Below, piece by piece: positions 12,201-24,475 of a stretch of 64,000 nt of DNA. Source of the stretch: Azolla caroliniana (Eukaryota; Plantae; Polypodiophyta). The first letter of the stretch is position 1. Each line of letters starts with the position of its first letter. The notes below the pieces were generated by a model. That model searched no databases, was not told where the DNA came from, and worked only from the letters and a program-made list of their open reading frames with translations. A program made the translations under genes and the position numbers. The stretch covers positions 5,704,001 through 5,768,000 of the forward strand of contig JBHGNT010000021.1 of assembly GCA_043228905.1 (NCBI GenBank), in the 5' to 3' direction.

Positions 12201-13350
12201 GATTCTCTCGTGCTAGTACGGCGGTCCACATCATGTCGAACCGTGGTGCAAGGCCGTCGAGGCATATTTGCACCATCTCGTCATCCTCCACGTTTACGCT
12301 TATCGAGTTGAGCGAGTCGCAAAGCTCCTTGATCTTCAAAGTGTAGATTGTGACAGACATCCCTTTGTTGGACATTATTCAACTCTTGGCGAAGTTGAAG
12401 CTTCCTTGTGGTTGTGTTGGTGGAGAAAATCTTTCGTAGATTCTCCCACGCTTCCTTCGGCGTCTTGGCTTCTCTAATGTACCCGAGCATGTGGTCGTGA
12501 ACACATGTCACCAAGCAATACATCACTCGACTTGCCGCTTGCTCCCACGTTGCATAGTCGGCGTCTTCCGGGTTGGGCCGATTTTCTTGTGCTCCTTTGA
12601 TGTAGCTCCAATAGCCTTGGCCGACAAGGTATTGGTGCATCTTGTACTCCCAAGATGCAAAGTTGTTGCGATCCAACTTCTCGCTAGGGAGAGCGCTCCC
12701 CATTTGAGTATTCATTGTCGATGTAGATTTCTTCTTTCTTTTCTTTTCCTTCTCTCTCGAACACGAGCTATGTAGTCGCACTACGATAGCGATGAGCCGG
12801 TTCTTCTTGAACGTCGGCATAGAGCACAACACACGATCACAATGAGGCGAGTGGGCTAGAGCAAGCTACCAAATCACTCTGATACCATGTAAAGAATCAG
12901 ATATGATTCTTGTGAAGCGGAAGAGATGTGAGTTATGTGTGTATGTGTGAGAGAAGAGAAGAGAGGAGAGGAGAGAAACACAAGATAGATAAGAGGCAAT
13001 ATGAAGTACTCAAGAAGAAGAAGGAGATGTATATTAACAAGTACAATATGAGATACAAAATAGCGTTACAAGGAGTCACAACCGACTTAATATGGAGTAG
13101 GAGGACGGTGCTCTATATAGAGTCACCCTCTCTCTTCATTTATGGTCACTCTCTCACTAAAGCCTTGAGGAATGTGAAGTCTTACGGTCATGGGGAATGT
13201 GGAACCATTAGTTATGTGTCATAGAATATGAATCTATGACACATAGTTTAATGTGTAGAGAGTGGTGGTGTGACTCTTGACCTTTGAGTAATCATAGATT
13301 CTCAAAAGGTGTGTTCACACGTTGCTCTATGTTGAGCTTGATTCTCAACA
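12201..13350 (-). mobile_element. 5' remnant of a second Copia family (LTR, PBS and gag start)
   Basis: 463-bp LTR 12888-13350 (TGTTGAG...TTTACA on minus) and PBS TGGTATCAGAG at about 12877-12887. Copia gag N-terminus (KLDRNNFASWEYKM...AKTPKEAWENL) is cut at 12201 by the other Copia's LTR. Confidence 0.88.
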
Positions 13351-14897
13351 GGGCGAAATACCAAGACATACTAGGACCCTCTCCCACCCTCTCCAAACTA
13401 TTAGATACCCTGGATATAAAGAGACTAGGTAGGTATAGCTTAATATATGGGATATTGAAGTGCAACATAGTTGTAAGTAAATCATTGGTATGCCTCTTTC
13501 TTTGGACGTAGCAAAACCTATAGATACAATATATACCTATGTTTCAACCATCTAAAACATTTTTATCTCTCAACGTTATGTTTAGGATTGTAATTTTGAG
13601 AGGTCATGCCCACTATGTTGACATTGATCTAGTACAATGTCGAACTTACAAATAAAGGCAATAGTAGAGATTGGGCATCTTTCAGACAATGGATGTTAAA
13701 CGACTACTCATTTTGTTGATGTCAAGGAAAAGTTTATACCATATTATACACACAACTTCACAAGAGTTGTGCACTCCCTAACATTGTCATAAATGTTTTG
13801 ATTGTTGCTTTGAGTTGGTGACCAAAAATCAAGATCATGCTACCTATCTTGATTCAACACGCAATTATCTCAATCACGAGGAGAAAAAACGACATCAAAA
13901 TGCCCCAAAAGTTCAATTTATCAATGTGTAGGTGCACATGTGTGTCTAATTCCTCATGTATTTCTATGTTTCACAATCAAAAATTAGTGCCAACATATAC
14001 AAGAGAATTGTTACAAACTTTTTTTGTTTTGGCTTCGGTTCAACTTAAACTAGGGATAAGAGCATGATAGACTTCTTACATATGAGAGAAAGTTCAAAAT
14101 GTTTAGCATGGTTAATCAATCTTATTTTAAAACTGAGCCTTGCAAGCACATTGCCATTTCTATTCATTCGCACATACATACTATTGTTGGGTGCAACAAT
14201 ACCGCATGGTATATAAATGCCGCTAATAAAAGAATAGATTTTTTGGCAAAGTGATGGGTGGAAACGGAAGCTGACCAATATCAAATGGATGGAAAACTGT
14301 AATTATCTCTACTCTAATCCTCTCTAGTGACCAAAGAGTTAACATTGTTGAGGAGTCGATGCATCGAAAGGAACATAAAACTCGATTGGTTTTGGGTCAC
14401 GAAAGAATATAATTATCTCTACTCGAATCCTTCGCTAGTGAGCAAAGATGCGTCTAAAAAGGAACATAAAACCCATCATATTATTGTACTCTACCAGAGA
14501 GAGTAGAAGAAGAGCATATATGTGTCGTGTGTCGATGTAGACATGGGAGGGGGTGGAAAGTCTATGTTTGAAAAGCTTGAAAGGCAAACTCATGTGGAAA
14601 AAAAAAAATCGGATGTCGAGGCATGTGGGGGGAGGATCATATCCTCGAATGCATATATTCAAGGGCTTGCTAATCGCTTTACAGGATGTCCCTCTCGGCC
14701 TACAGATAGGTTTGCAAGAAGGCTTTTTACGTATTTGAAACAATGCGTTTTCACCTACGACTAAATATAATTGGTGTGGTTTTACCAGAGAGAAAGGCTA
14801 CAAAGTTTGTAACAATAATAACACGATTCTCCGACCATCATCATCGGCGATGTGTGAACACGGCCCTAGATAGGGCACAATAATGATAATAATAATA

Positions 14898-14930
<33 letters not shown>

Positions 14931-15064
14931 AATTATAATCATAATAATAATAGTAATAATATAGATCAACTGGACTTATGCATTGCTTTGGACAGAAAAT
15001 GTTACTATTTATGAATTATTAGCCTCGTTAATTTTAATTAATTAGTTTTAAAAAAATGAGGGGC

Positions 15065-15980
15065 TTAGAGATGCAGCTCTAGGTCTAATTTAAGAACAGA
15101 AACTCCTCCTCCAGCTCCTCCTGTTGCTGCTGCTGCTGCGGCTCCTGCTCCTGCGAGCGATGGATTCTTCTCCTCTCCTGTCTGCCCTCTGTAGTAAGGC
15201 TGCCATGGTGATCCCTGCTTCCGCAAGAGTGATGGAACTGCCTGTGATGATCGCTCATGGTTGCCACACCTGCTACTTTCCCACTCCCCCTCCTCCACTG
15301 TCGATGGTGTTGCTGTTCTCCGCTCAGCAATCGCTTCTCCGATCCTCGGGAAGCCCCTCCCAGTCCTTCTATCTGGCGCCAGGAAAGTATCACACCGAAT
15401 CAGTATTCGATCCATTTCCTACTAATCGGAAGACTAAACAAAAAATAATATGGAAAAAGAAAGATCATGTTCGAGACATTCAGTTAAATCAATCAATCAA
15501 ACCATCCATCCATCCATCCATTCACTCGTTGGGAATGAGCTAGAAATCTAGGATTTCCTTTCGTTTTCCTAAATTACCGGAATTACGGTTTAGCGTGAGT
15601 AATTGCGGGGGGCGGCCCAGCGATGGCGGCACCGGCGGCATGGGGGGGAAGTGGAGGCGGCTGAAAGGATGGGGATCTTCACCGTCGTCGTCGTCGTCGT
15701 CTTCACAATCATCATCATCATCATCATCTTGGCGGTGGTGGTGGTGAGGGATTCTTCCTAGGAGGTTCTCCCAGGGCATGGGATAAGATGATGGAGGCGG
15801 AGGGCCAGGGGCATGGCGACGCAGGCGCTCGGTGCGATGGAGGCGGGCGCGGTCGCGGCGGTGGACGTTCATGTGGCCGCCGAGAGCCTGCGCGGACCGG
15901 AACTCGCGTCTGCAGAAGGCGCAGGGATATCTGCGGCAGCCATTACTATTACTGACGAAGCGGCAGCTACTACTGTTCAT
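15065..15980 (-). CDS. SUPERMAN/ZFP-like single C2H2 zinc-finger repressor with C-terminal EAR motif (about 236 aa, two exons)
   Basis: [30 protein letters not shown] zinc finger. A GT-AG intron at 15577-15373 joins in frame to an exon ending LKLDLELHL* (EAR motif). Confidence 0.88.
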
Positions 15981-15994
15981 GTGGACCGGCTCGC

Positions 15995-16041
15995 TAGGGT
16001 TAGGGTTAGGGTTAGGGTTAGGGTTTAGGGGTTTAGGGTTT
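15995..16041 (+). repeat. Interstitial telomere-like TTAGGG/TTTAGGG array (telo-boxes) just 5' of the zinc-finger ATG
   Basis: TAGGGT x5 followed by TAGGGGTTTAGGGTTT, about 15 bp upstream of the start codon on the minus strand. Confidence 0.85.
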
Positions 16042-16227
16042 GTTTCACACGCTTGCTAATACATACATACATACGCTATTCCCAACTACGCACCTTCTAT
16101 TGATAATGCCTTATTCACATAGTTATGAACCCATGCCAGGCCCCTGCGCGGTGCGCGTCTCTTGTAGGGTTAGGGTCCGATGAATGGGTTTAGTAGTAGG
16201 GGGAAATTCACTTTTAGGGCATATGCC

Positions 16228-16355
16228 TGATTGATTGATTCGGGAAGATAAGTTATTGGTTCTAGGATTGATCGATCAATTTGGGAAGTTGTTGGTTCTA
16301 GGATCGATCGATTCGGGAAGTTTTTAGTGCTAGGATCGATTGATTCGGGAAGTTC
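16228..16355 (+). repeat. Short ~31-bp tandem repeat upstream of the zinc-finger gene
   Basis: Four copies of (CTAGG)ATYGATYGATTCGGGAAG. Confidence 0.75.
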
Positions 16356-19300
16356 CTAGTCCTAGGAGGAGTTGACACAACTTGCTGAACACGAACACCG
16401 TTGTAAAACCAAATGGTGGAGAGACATCTAGAGCTAGAGACTAGGAATTGTGGAGGACTCTTAAAGAGAGATCCAAACTACAAAAACCTATTGAAAATTG
16501 TGTGGTATCAACCCTTGACATTTGTTAGCGAGTGATCGTTATATACACCCACATTTACCATCATTTTTTGGATCAATGCTAGCATTTTTGGCAATTATTA
16601 CATGAAGGATTCTCTCTCTCTCTCTAGTCATGAATGACATTGTAACAACAGACTCCAAGTCACTCCCTTATTTGCTCAATTCTTCTTCACCAAAAAGCCT
16701 TTGATGTAAACCTCCTCTCATCATCACACAATTTACCAAGACTTTTTGGATGTCTCACTTACATCATGATCTTGTAAGATATTCAAAAAAGCATACCATG
16801 CCTCGTATTGATATTGTACCAAGATCCCATGAAAACCATTCAAGATTGTATATACAAGCGGCGACAATTATGTTTAATATTGAGGATGGCTCACATACGA
16901 AACTTTTACAAAGAGTTTCGATGGAACTGAGCACTCCATCATAAACACTCACACTCAAAGGTGCTACACACCCACACATGTTTGTCTATTCGAATATTTA
17001 CACCTAAGGCCATGCACGCCCACATTCAACACAACCATCAAGCACCCTAGAAGTGTTACACATCTGTGTTTGTATGCAACAACCAAAGAAGCAAAACTTT
17101 TCTATGTTCTAGTACGTTTAGTCATGGTGGGCCACATCATTTAGTTAGGGAGAGTCCATGCATGTTCATCTTCATACTAACCACCAACTTAATGTATCCT
17201 ATGACATACATAAACTTTGATTCCTTCCTCCTGCACAAGACATTGAAACCATTCTAGGATTTGAACCCTATTCTTGGGAATTCTTGGTTGTCACCTAGAA
17301 TCAATAATGTGATGTCCTTAGGGCATGGACGTTTGGCATATGCATACCATCTTGCATGCATGCAAATACTAGTTGATCTAAAAATAGGAACAAACAAACA
17401 CTATTTTCTAATTCATGGGCAGGGACACCTTACTTACTACCATGTAATTGTGTGGTAATTGGATATGGTAGATAAATGAGTAAAGATATGTAGAATAAAC
17501 ATATACATGGTCATACGGAGAATATGATCAATTGCATTTTACTGTTAATTTGATACTCATATGTGCATTGTGGACAAACCTTAGAGTAAAATCATTGGTA
17601 AATATCAGTACCCAAAAATATGGTTGTGGTTTTTTATGAAACTATTGAAGAACTATAAAGTGTATGTAGATGGGACAGAACAAGGAGAGAGTGAAGTAGA
17701 GGAGAGCATAAATGTGTGTAGGTCCATGAAACATGAAGAAAGTTTCTTGGGTATATAAAGAAAAGGACATATTTCTTACATGTGTGTAAGCAAGAGCATT
17801 TAATGTTGTACTAAGTGCCCCTTTATATTACGTTTATCACATTTATATGGGCATTGTCAAGTTAATGAATGTTTTATGCATTGTTGCATCCATCACCTAC
17901 ATTTCTTGATTGCATTGCCTTGTATTTATAACATGTCAAAAATTGTTAATACCATAACAGTCTTCAAACTCATACAACTTCATAATTCTAATTTAACCCC
18001 TAATCTCACTTCTCGTGTATCTATTTCTCCACAAAACAATTCTAAGGTTAAATGGAGATATGTATTCTCTAACTTATTGTAGCTACACCTCCTACCCCGA
18101 ATTGGTAAATCATCTTACCTTTGACCTCGTCATGGTGATTAAATTCCAGTGTTAAATATTGAAGAGTTTGATTTTCATTGTCATTTTGTGTAACTATATA
18201 AGATGTCATAATCATTATTCTTTGTGACAATGGTATTGATACTATAGAAAACAATGATGAAGTACATTTTTGTTAGCTATAAGATGTGGATAACTACGTA
18301 TACAAATGTGACAATCTTTGGACTCTTCTAAATGACGTGCAATAATCCAGAACCCTTGGGATTGGTATTCTTCTTCAAGCAAATTTTCTACAACACTAAT
18401 GAAGAGTTGGATTTTCATCAAGTACAAGATTTGGAGACCCATCCATATGCGACAAACTTTCTTGATCTTACCACGAAAATGTGACAATTTGTCCTCTTTA
18501 TGACAACGCGTAGTTGTGTGACAAAGTGATCTTTGAGGGAAACTCTATAAAGGAGGATGTTAATCAAGCACCTTTACAAGCTGACATGATGATCAATTGA
18601 TTTCACATGTACGCATGATACAACATTGGACCACATGTATTATGAGTTTTCTTATTACTCGATGTAGACAATCAATGTAATTGCTCATGATTTGCTTCTA
18701 TGTACTCAAGCACGAAGTGCCATTGATTTCCCAAGACCCTTTTACTTGGCATGTCAGAGCATCCAGGTCACGATGAATCACGACAAAGCTTCCTTTTGTT
18801 TGTTTTTTTACCCAATGCCATTTGTAGTTTTATAAGTAGTATAGATTTTAATCATGCAAGTTAGTTGAATAAAAAAAACATTTCATTATAAAATCTTTAT
18901 GTTGAACTTCTCATCTATTTAAGAGACACAACGTCTCATAATATTCGATAATATCTACAAACGTAAATATGTGTTGTCCGTGTGCATATTTGACCTTTTA
19001 CTACACTCACCTCATGACAACAAGAACATCAATAAAGATAGTGATCAAAGAAACATACACATCAAATCGAATTTTGTGGAAAAAAATATGTCTTAGATTT
19101 TGAAGTTTGGGGTTCAATAAATTACTAATCACTCTCCATAATAGAAGAAGTTATTTGATTTTGGGTTCTCCTTATAAACTAGTGTTCATCATAGTAGAAT
19201 CAATCCTTTCATTTCAAATATTCGAAATATAAAGACAACCGTTGATTGACTCTATAGGTAATTACAATATACCTTTACCTTCACTCAAACAAAATGAGTT

Positions 19301-21679
19301 ATAGTTATATTATGTTGTTGTTAGGTCTTTCATAAATGTTATTGGTCTTTAGGGCATTAGGAAACAAATACTAACACTTGCCTAGTGGAACTACTCTTTT
19401 CAACATATTTGAGATTTGGATTTGCCATATGGGAGAATAGATTTAACATCTTATATATATTATGTAATAATTATCATATTCTATCATGTTTCTTCCATTA
19501 TTGAAACGAATTAATTGTGTTGCTTTACATTTATGTCTACAACTTAATCATCTTCTTGGAGATACTAATAGGTAACATTTATCGATTCTTTTAAGAGACC
19601 TCTTCAAAATTAGATCTTTGTATAGAATATTGATGGGAAAGGTGAGTGAAAGTATGCACGTCTAAATAGACACCTTGACAGATTATGGACCTTTTGATCT
19701 AAATGTGTAATGTGTGTAACACTCTTGTTTCACAAAGAAATGCATACAAAGGATATCTTATGTTTATACCTCAAAGGTGGTTTATGCTACTTAATGGTGG
19801 ATATGGCTTAATCCTAACTATATGCAATACAAATGTACATGACTTTCTTTTATCTCACAACTTTTAATTAATAAAGCATTTGTTGGCCTAGGAATAACAA
19901 CCATGGACTGGGAATACATCTATGATGGCAGCTTCAATGTAGCTTGACACAGACATTCATGAGACATCATATCTTGAATGTACATTTTGAAATGAGGGAT
20001 GTTATTAGCTGCCACTAATTCACACATGTATTTTCTTACACATGCACATTGTGCACACGTGTACATACTCTTTCTTGCACACACATACACATTGATGATA
20101 ATAATAAACCTTAAGCAATATAATGAAGGGCCCTTCACTCATGCCAAAGTTTTAGGGAGATATGTTTTTAATTAATGAAGGATATGCATGGGCTTCTTAA
20201 AGTCCATTAAAGAATTAACAAACCCAAAACCAAAGTTTACAAAAACATAACCTTGATTAAAGGATTGATTATGTAACTTATTGTTTATAACTCATTGGGT
20301 TGCCATGGTCTACATTGCTATGGTTTAGACCCTCAACCTACACCTAGGTGTTTTCTTGGTATAAATATCCCATTGTGCACTTATTTCTATCCAAACATTA
20401 ATACTTGTAATGGCTACTTTGCCCCAACCTCATGTATACTCTTCATCATTGATCTCTTCTTTCTCTCGAATATTTGTTAATCGTGACTGGTTTATTTAAG
20501 TCAATGCAAGAAATTTTAGCATAGTTGATTGAAATAATAGATGAAATGTAACTTATGATGGATGGGATTATTAATTGTCCGATGAGACGGTACAACCAAC
20601 AACACAATCTTATATGATCAGTTGGAGAAAAATAGTCGACCACATGTCTTAACTCTACTAGATCATAAATATTGTGTCACAAAACATCATATGATTGTGG
20701 CTACTTGATAGTAACAAGTTATCATCAGTACTTTCACATTACAGATCTACACATGATCACATGATTGATACCTTTACACACACGCAATGGTCACTTCCAT
20801 TTCTTCTATTCTTGCCTAAGTCGTAATTTAGAAAATTCCAGTGCCTCCACTTCACTAATTTATGTAATGAGCTCATTTATAAATTTAAATGGATAATTTA
20901 CTCCTTTAATGTGAATAAACCATATTTGGTCAATGGCCTTTATGTTGAAATAACAAACACAATTTTTTGAGTCATCTATTGAAATGGAAGCCTTAGTTAG
21001 CATCACCCAATAGATAATGTTTAAGTGGATATCATTACAATTAAAAAACAAAATTTCAATGAGCCCCTTCATAGTATTTACATTATCAAAGCTCTAAATC
21101 TATCAACCAAATAAGGAACCATATTTGGTCAATGGTCTCGACTATCAACAATGAAATAATGGACGCTATTTAGTGTGTTGTCTACTAAATGCAAGCCTTC
21201 GTTACCTAATGAATAATATTTAAGTGTCATCACTATAATTAAAAGGCAAAAGCTTAGTGAACCCCTAGTAGAAATTTTGTTAACTAAGCTCTACATCAAT
21301 CAACCAAAATCACAATATTACGGAATTTATTAACATTATTAAATCTACAAATAATGAGTTTTTTCAAGGTCTCCATTTCCCAAGCTCGTGTAAGAATAAC
21401 GTAGTGTGAAAGTAGGATTTTTTAGGAATAGACTCATTAATGAAAGGATCACAAATGAATCTATATGGGGACTACTCTTTGTATTTCAAAATTTTGTATA
21501 TTCCATCGATGAAATGTTACATAAGGTCCATAGTATTTGTTAAACCACATGCTTGACAAATAGGCATCACTGGATGCATAACAAACGTGAAGCCACAAGA
21601 AAGAATACTTTAAAAAAGTATTGACTATTAATATCATTTAAAATAACATTACATATGTCTATCATGTTTAATAAATTTG

Positions 21680-22265
21680 GGACAAGATTTCAAACCAATG
21701 ATGAAGAATTGCAGTTTGTCTTAATATAAATTTCATATATAGGGATTTGGCCTCATGGAATTGGATATGTATGCCAAATGTGGTCAAGTAGGAAAAGCAT
21801 AGAAAAGTGCTCAACGGGCTTCCGGTTTGGGATGTAGCTTCTTGGAATGCACTAATTTCAGCATATTATATATGTTTTATTTGATATGTATGCAAAAAAT
21901 GGTATGTGGTCAAGTAGGAAAAGCATAGAAAAGTGCTCAATGGGCTTCCGGTTTGGGATGTGGCTTCTTGGAATGCACTAATTTCAGCATATTATATATG
22001 TTTTATTTGATATGTATGCAAAAAATGGTATCTTAATACAAGCACAAGAACTGTTTGACAAGCATCCAATCCAAAGTGTAGGTTTGTGGACTGTAGATAT
22101 TTGGATATGTTGAACATGAACATGATGAGGAAGATTGATTTGCTTCGAGCATATGCAAATTCATGGTAGTATTTAACAAGCTTTCAGTTCAGGAACACGT
22201 CTCTTGGAATGCTCTAATTGCAAGATATGATGAGAATGGGAAATTTGATGAAGTGCTCAATCAAG
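21680..22265 (+). pseudogene. PLS-class PPR pseudogene fragments with an internal ~128-bp duplication
   Basis: Motifs DMYAKCG, WDVASWNALIS and VSWNALIARY with frameshifts and stops. About 21778-21905 is repeated at 21906-22030. Confidence 0.7.
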
Positions 22266-24475
22266 TCTATCAAACGAAGGGTTCATGGCTAGCAATTGTC
22301 TTACACAAGACGGGCTTGGGAAGGATAGTCGCTTCCTTTCCATCTATTTGTATTTCGTAGTTGATATGCTTTTTAAAACTAATGGAATGATATGTTTTTT
22401 TGAAAGAAAAAAAATCATATATAGGACACCATAAACTATGTTAAAGTATAAATAACTTGTCTATATACGCGAAAATAATGTAGATATTGACAAACTTATA
22501 TCTCCTAGAAGAAATTAGTTTAGGCTTTGATGGCATTGTATCAACCTCAACGATGGCTATTAGCCTCTTTTATTCATCATGTTGGCCATATGCTTGTATA
22601 GCACACATCCTTTGAAAAAACACATGGAAACTTTCCTCAATATCTAGTTACTTGGGCACTAAAATTTAAAATCTCTAATCAGGATTCGCATCTTTGAAAC
22701 TAATGTTTCTGCACTAGAGCTTTGAGATTTCGTTACATGAAAAGGTACAACAAAACCATGTTTTCACCATGTGGCTATGTCACAAACATTAACATAATTA
22801 CAGAATTAGGAATCAATCAAACAAAAACAAGCTTCTATATTATTCTTCAGTTAGCCATAACTTTGATGTATCTCCTCAATTACAAATGCACATCTTATAG
22901 TCACGTAGATACATTACCAAGTGACACACTATTAATAGATTGCAAGTATATTGCAAGCATATTCATACTAGGAATAAATTAAGCCAAAGAGGCACATTAA
23001 CTAGGTAGGTACCAATTTGGATAGCAATTATATTTTATCATCTACACATGTAATTTGGCATAATAAGTTGTGATTTTTTGTGCACCCTTCATGCTTGAAA
23101 ATGGTATGCCCTCTCTTGTTTGGTTGTTATCTTTGAGTGCTCATTTACTCATAAGAGTTTGTCGAGGATTAGCGTGGAATATTGCTCGGCCACAACCGAG
23201 TCTTGAATCATTTCTATGAGAATGAAACACAGAAATGGGAAATGAACAAAACACAAAGGAAATACACAGGATGTTTACGTGGAAAACCCAAATATGGAAA
23301 AAACCACGGGAGCCCACAGACTCCAACTATCACTATGGGAGAAAGCTACAATCAAAGCCTTAGAGGCAACGACCTCGAGCTCTGTATCTTCGCCAACCAG
23401 CGGTTACAATAGAGTATCTCTCTGTATCTCACACACTCTCGCTCTCGCTCTCGCTCTCTGTACAACAGTTACAACAGTATGACAACTACAACCTTACAAA
23501 GTGATTGCCCTCAGTCATATTTATACTTATATGAACTTAGGGCTATTTACAAATATAGCCTCAATAGGCTTATTCAAAACATATTTACAGATATGTCTTC
23601 TCTTCCGGTTCTCATCGGATCTCCTCCGGTTTCCGGATCTCTTTCGATTCTCACCAAGTCCTCTTTATTCATCACCGGATCCCATCCGAAGAGACCGATT
23701 TCCCAACAATCTCCCCCTTCACTCCGACATGGGATATCTTGTGAGCCCGATCCGCTTTCGACACGCGTCCAGCTTGTCGGTTGTCAGGACCTTGGTTAGC
23801 ATGTCCGACCCGTTCTCCTCCGTGTGGATCTTCGTCAACACGAACTCTTGATCTTCTACTCTCTCCCGGATCCAGTGGTACCTTCGCTGGATATGTTTCG
23901 TTCGGGAATGGTAGGCCGCGTTCTTTGCAAGGTGGATGGCGCTTTGACTATCGCAGTAGAGCCGGTATTCCTCCTGTTGGATCCCTAGCTCTCTGATGAA
24001 GTCCTTCATCCAGATTATCTCCTTGCCGGCTTCTACAACTGCCATGTACTCCGCCTCCGTGGTTGACAATGCAACCGTCTTCTACAGCCTTGACTGCCAC
24101 GAAACAGCTCCCCCTGCATATCTGGATGTCGACCGGCTAGTATTTGCATCAACCGACATATCTGAATCCATGAAACCATTCAGTTGGGGTTTTCCGGAGC
24201 CAATCCGGAGGCACATACTCGAGGTGCCTTTCAGATACCAAAGTATCCACTTGACCGCGTTCTAGCACTCTCTTCCGGGATCGCCCAATATCGTCCAGAT
24301 GGATGTCATCTTTACTACCGGAGCAAAGATCTCATCGAAATCCACTCCTTTCTTCTGCTGGAAGCCCTTCACCACGATTCGGGCCTTATATCTGGGTGGA
24401 TTTCCGGCATCTCCCGGTTTCAACTTGTACACCCACTTGTTCCTGTTACCGGCCGGCAAGGAGTCCAAAATACGG

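Noticed and set aside
14880-14960. (AAT)n/(ATT)n inverted microsatellite
   Set aside because: A simple repeat common in plant 3' regions, with no further structure.
16400-21600. AT-rich region with short ORFs, depleted of CG and CWG
   Set aside because: Probably ancient decayed TE DNA. I could not identify a family or boundaries with confidence.
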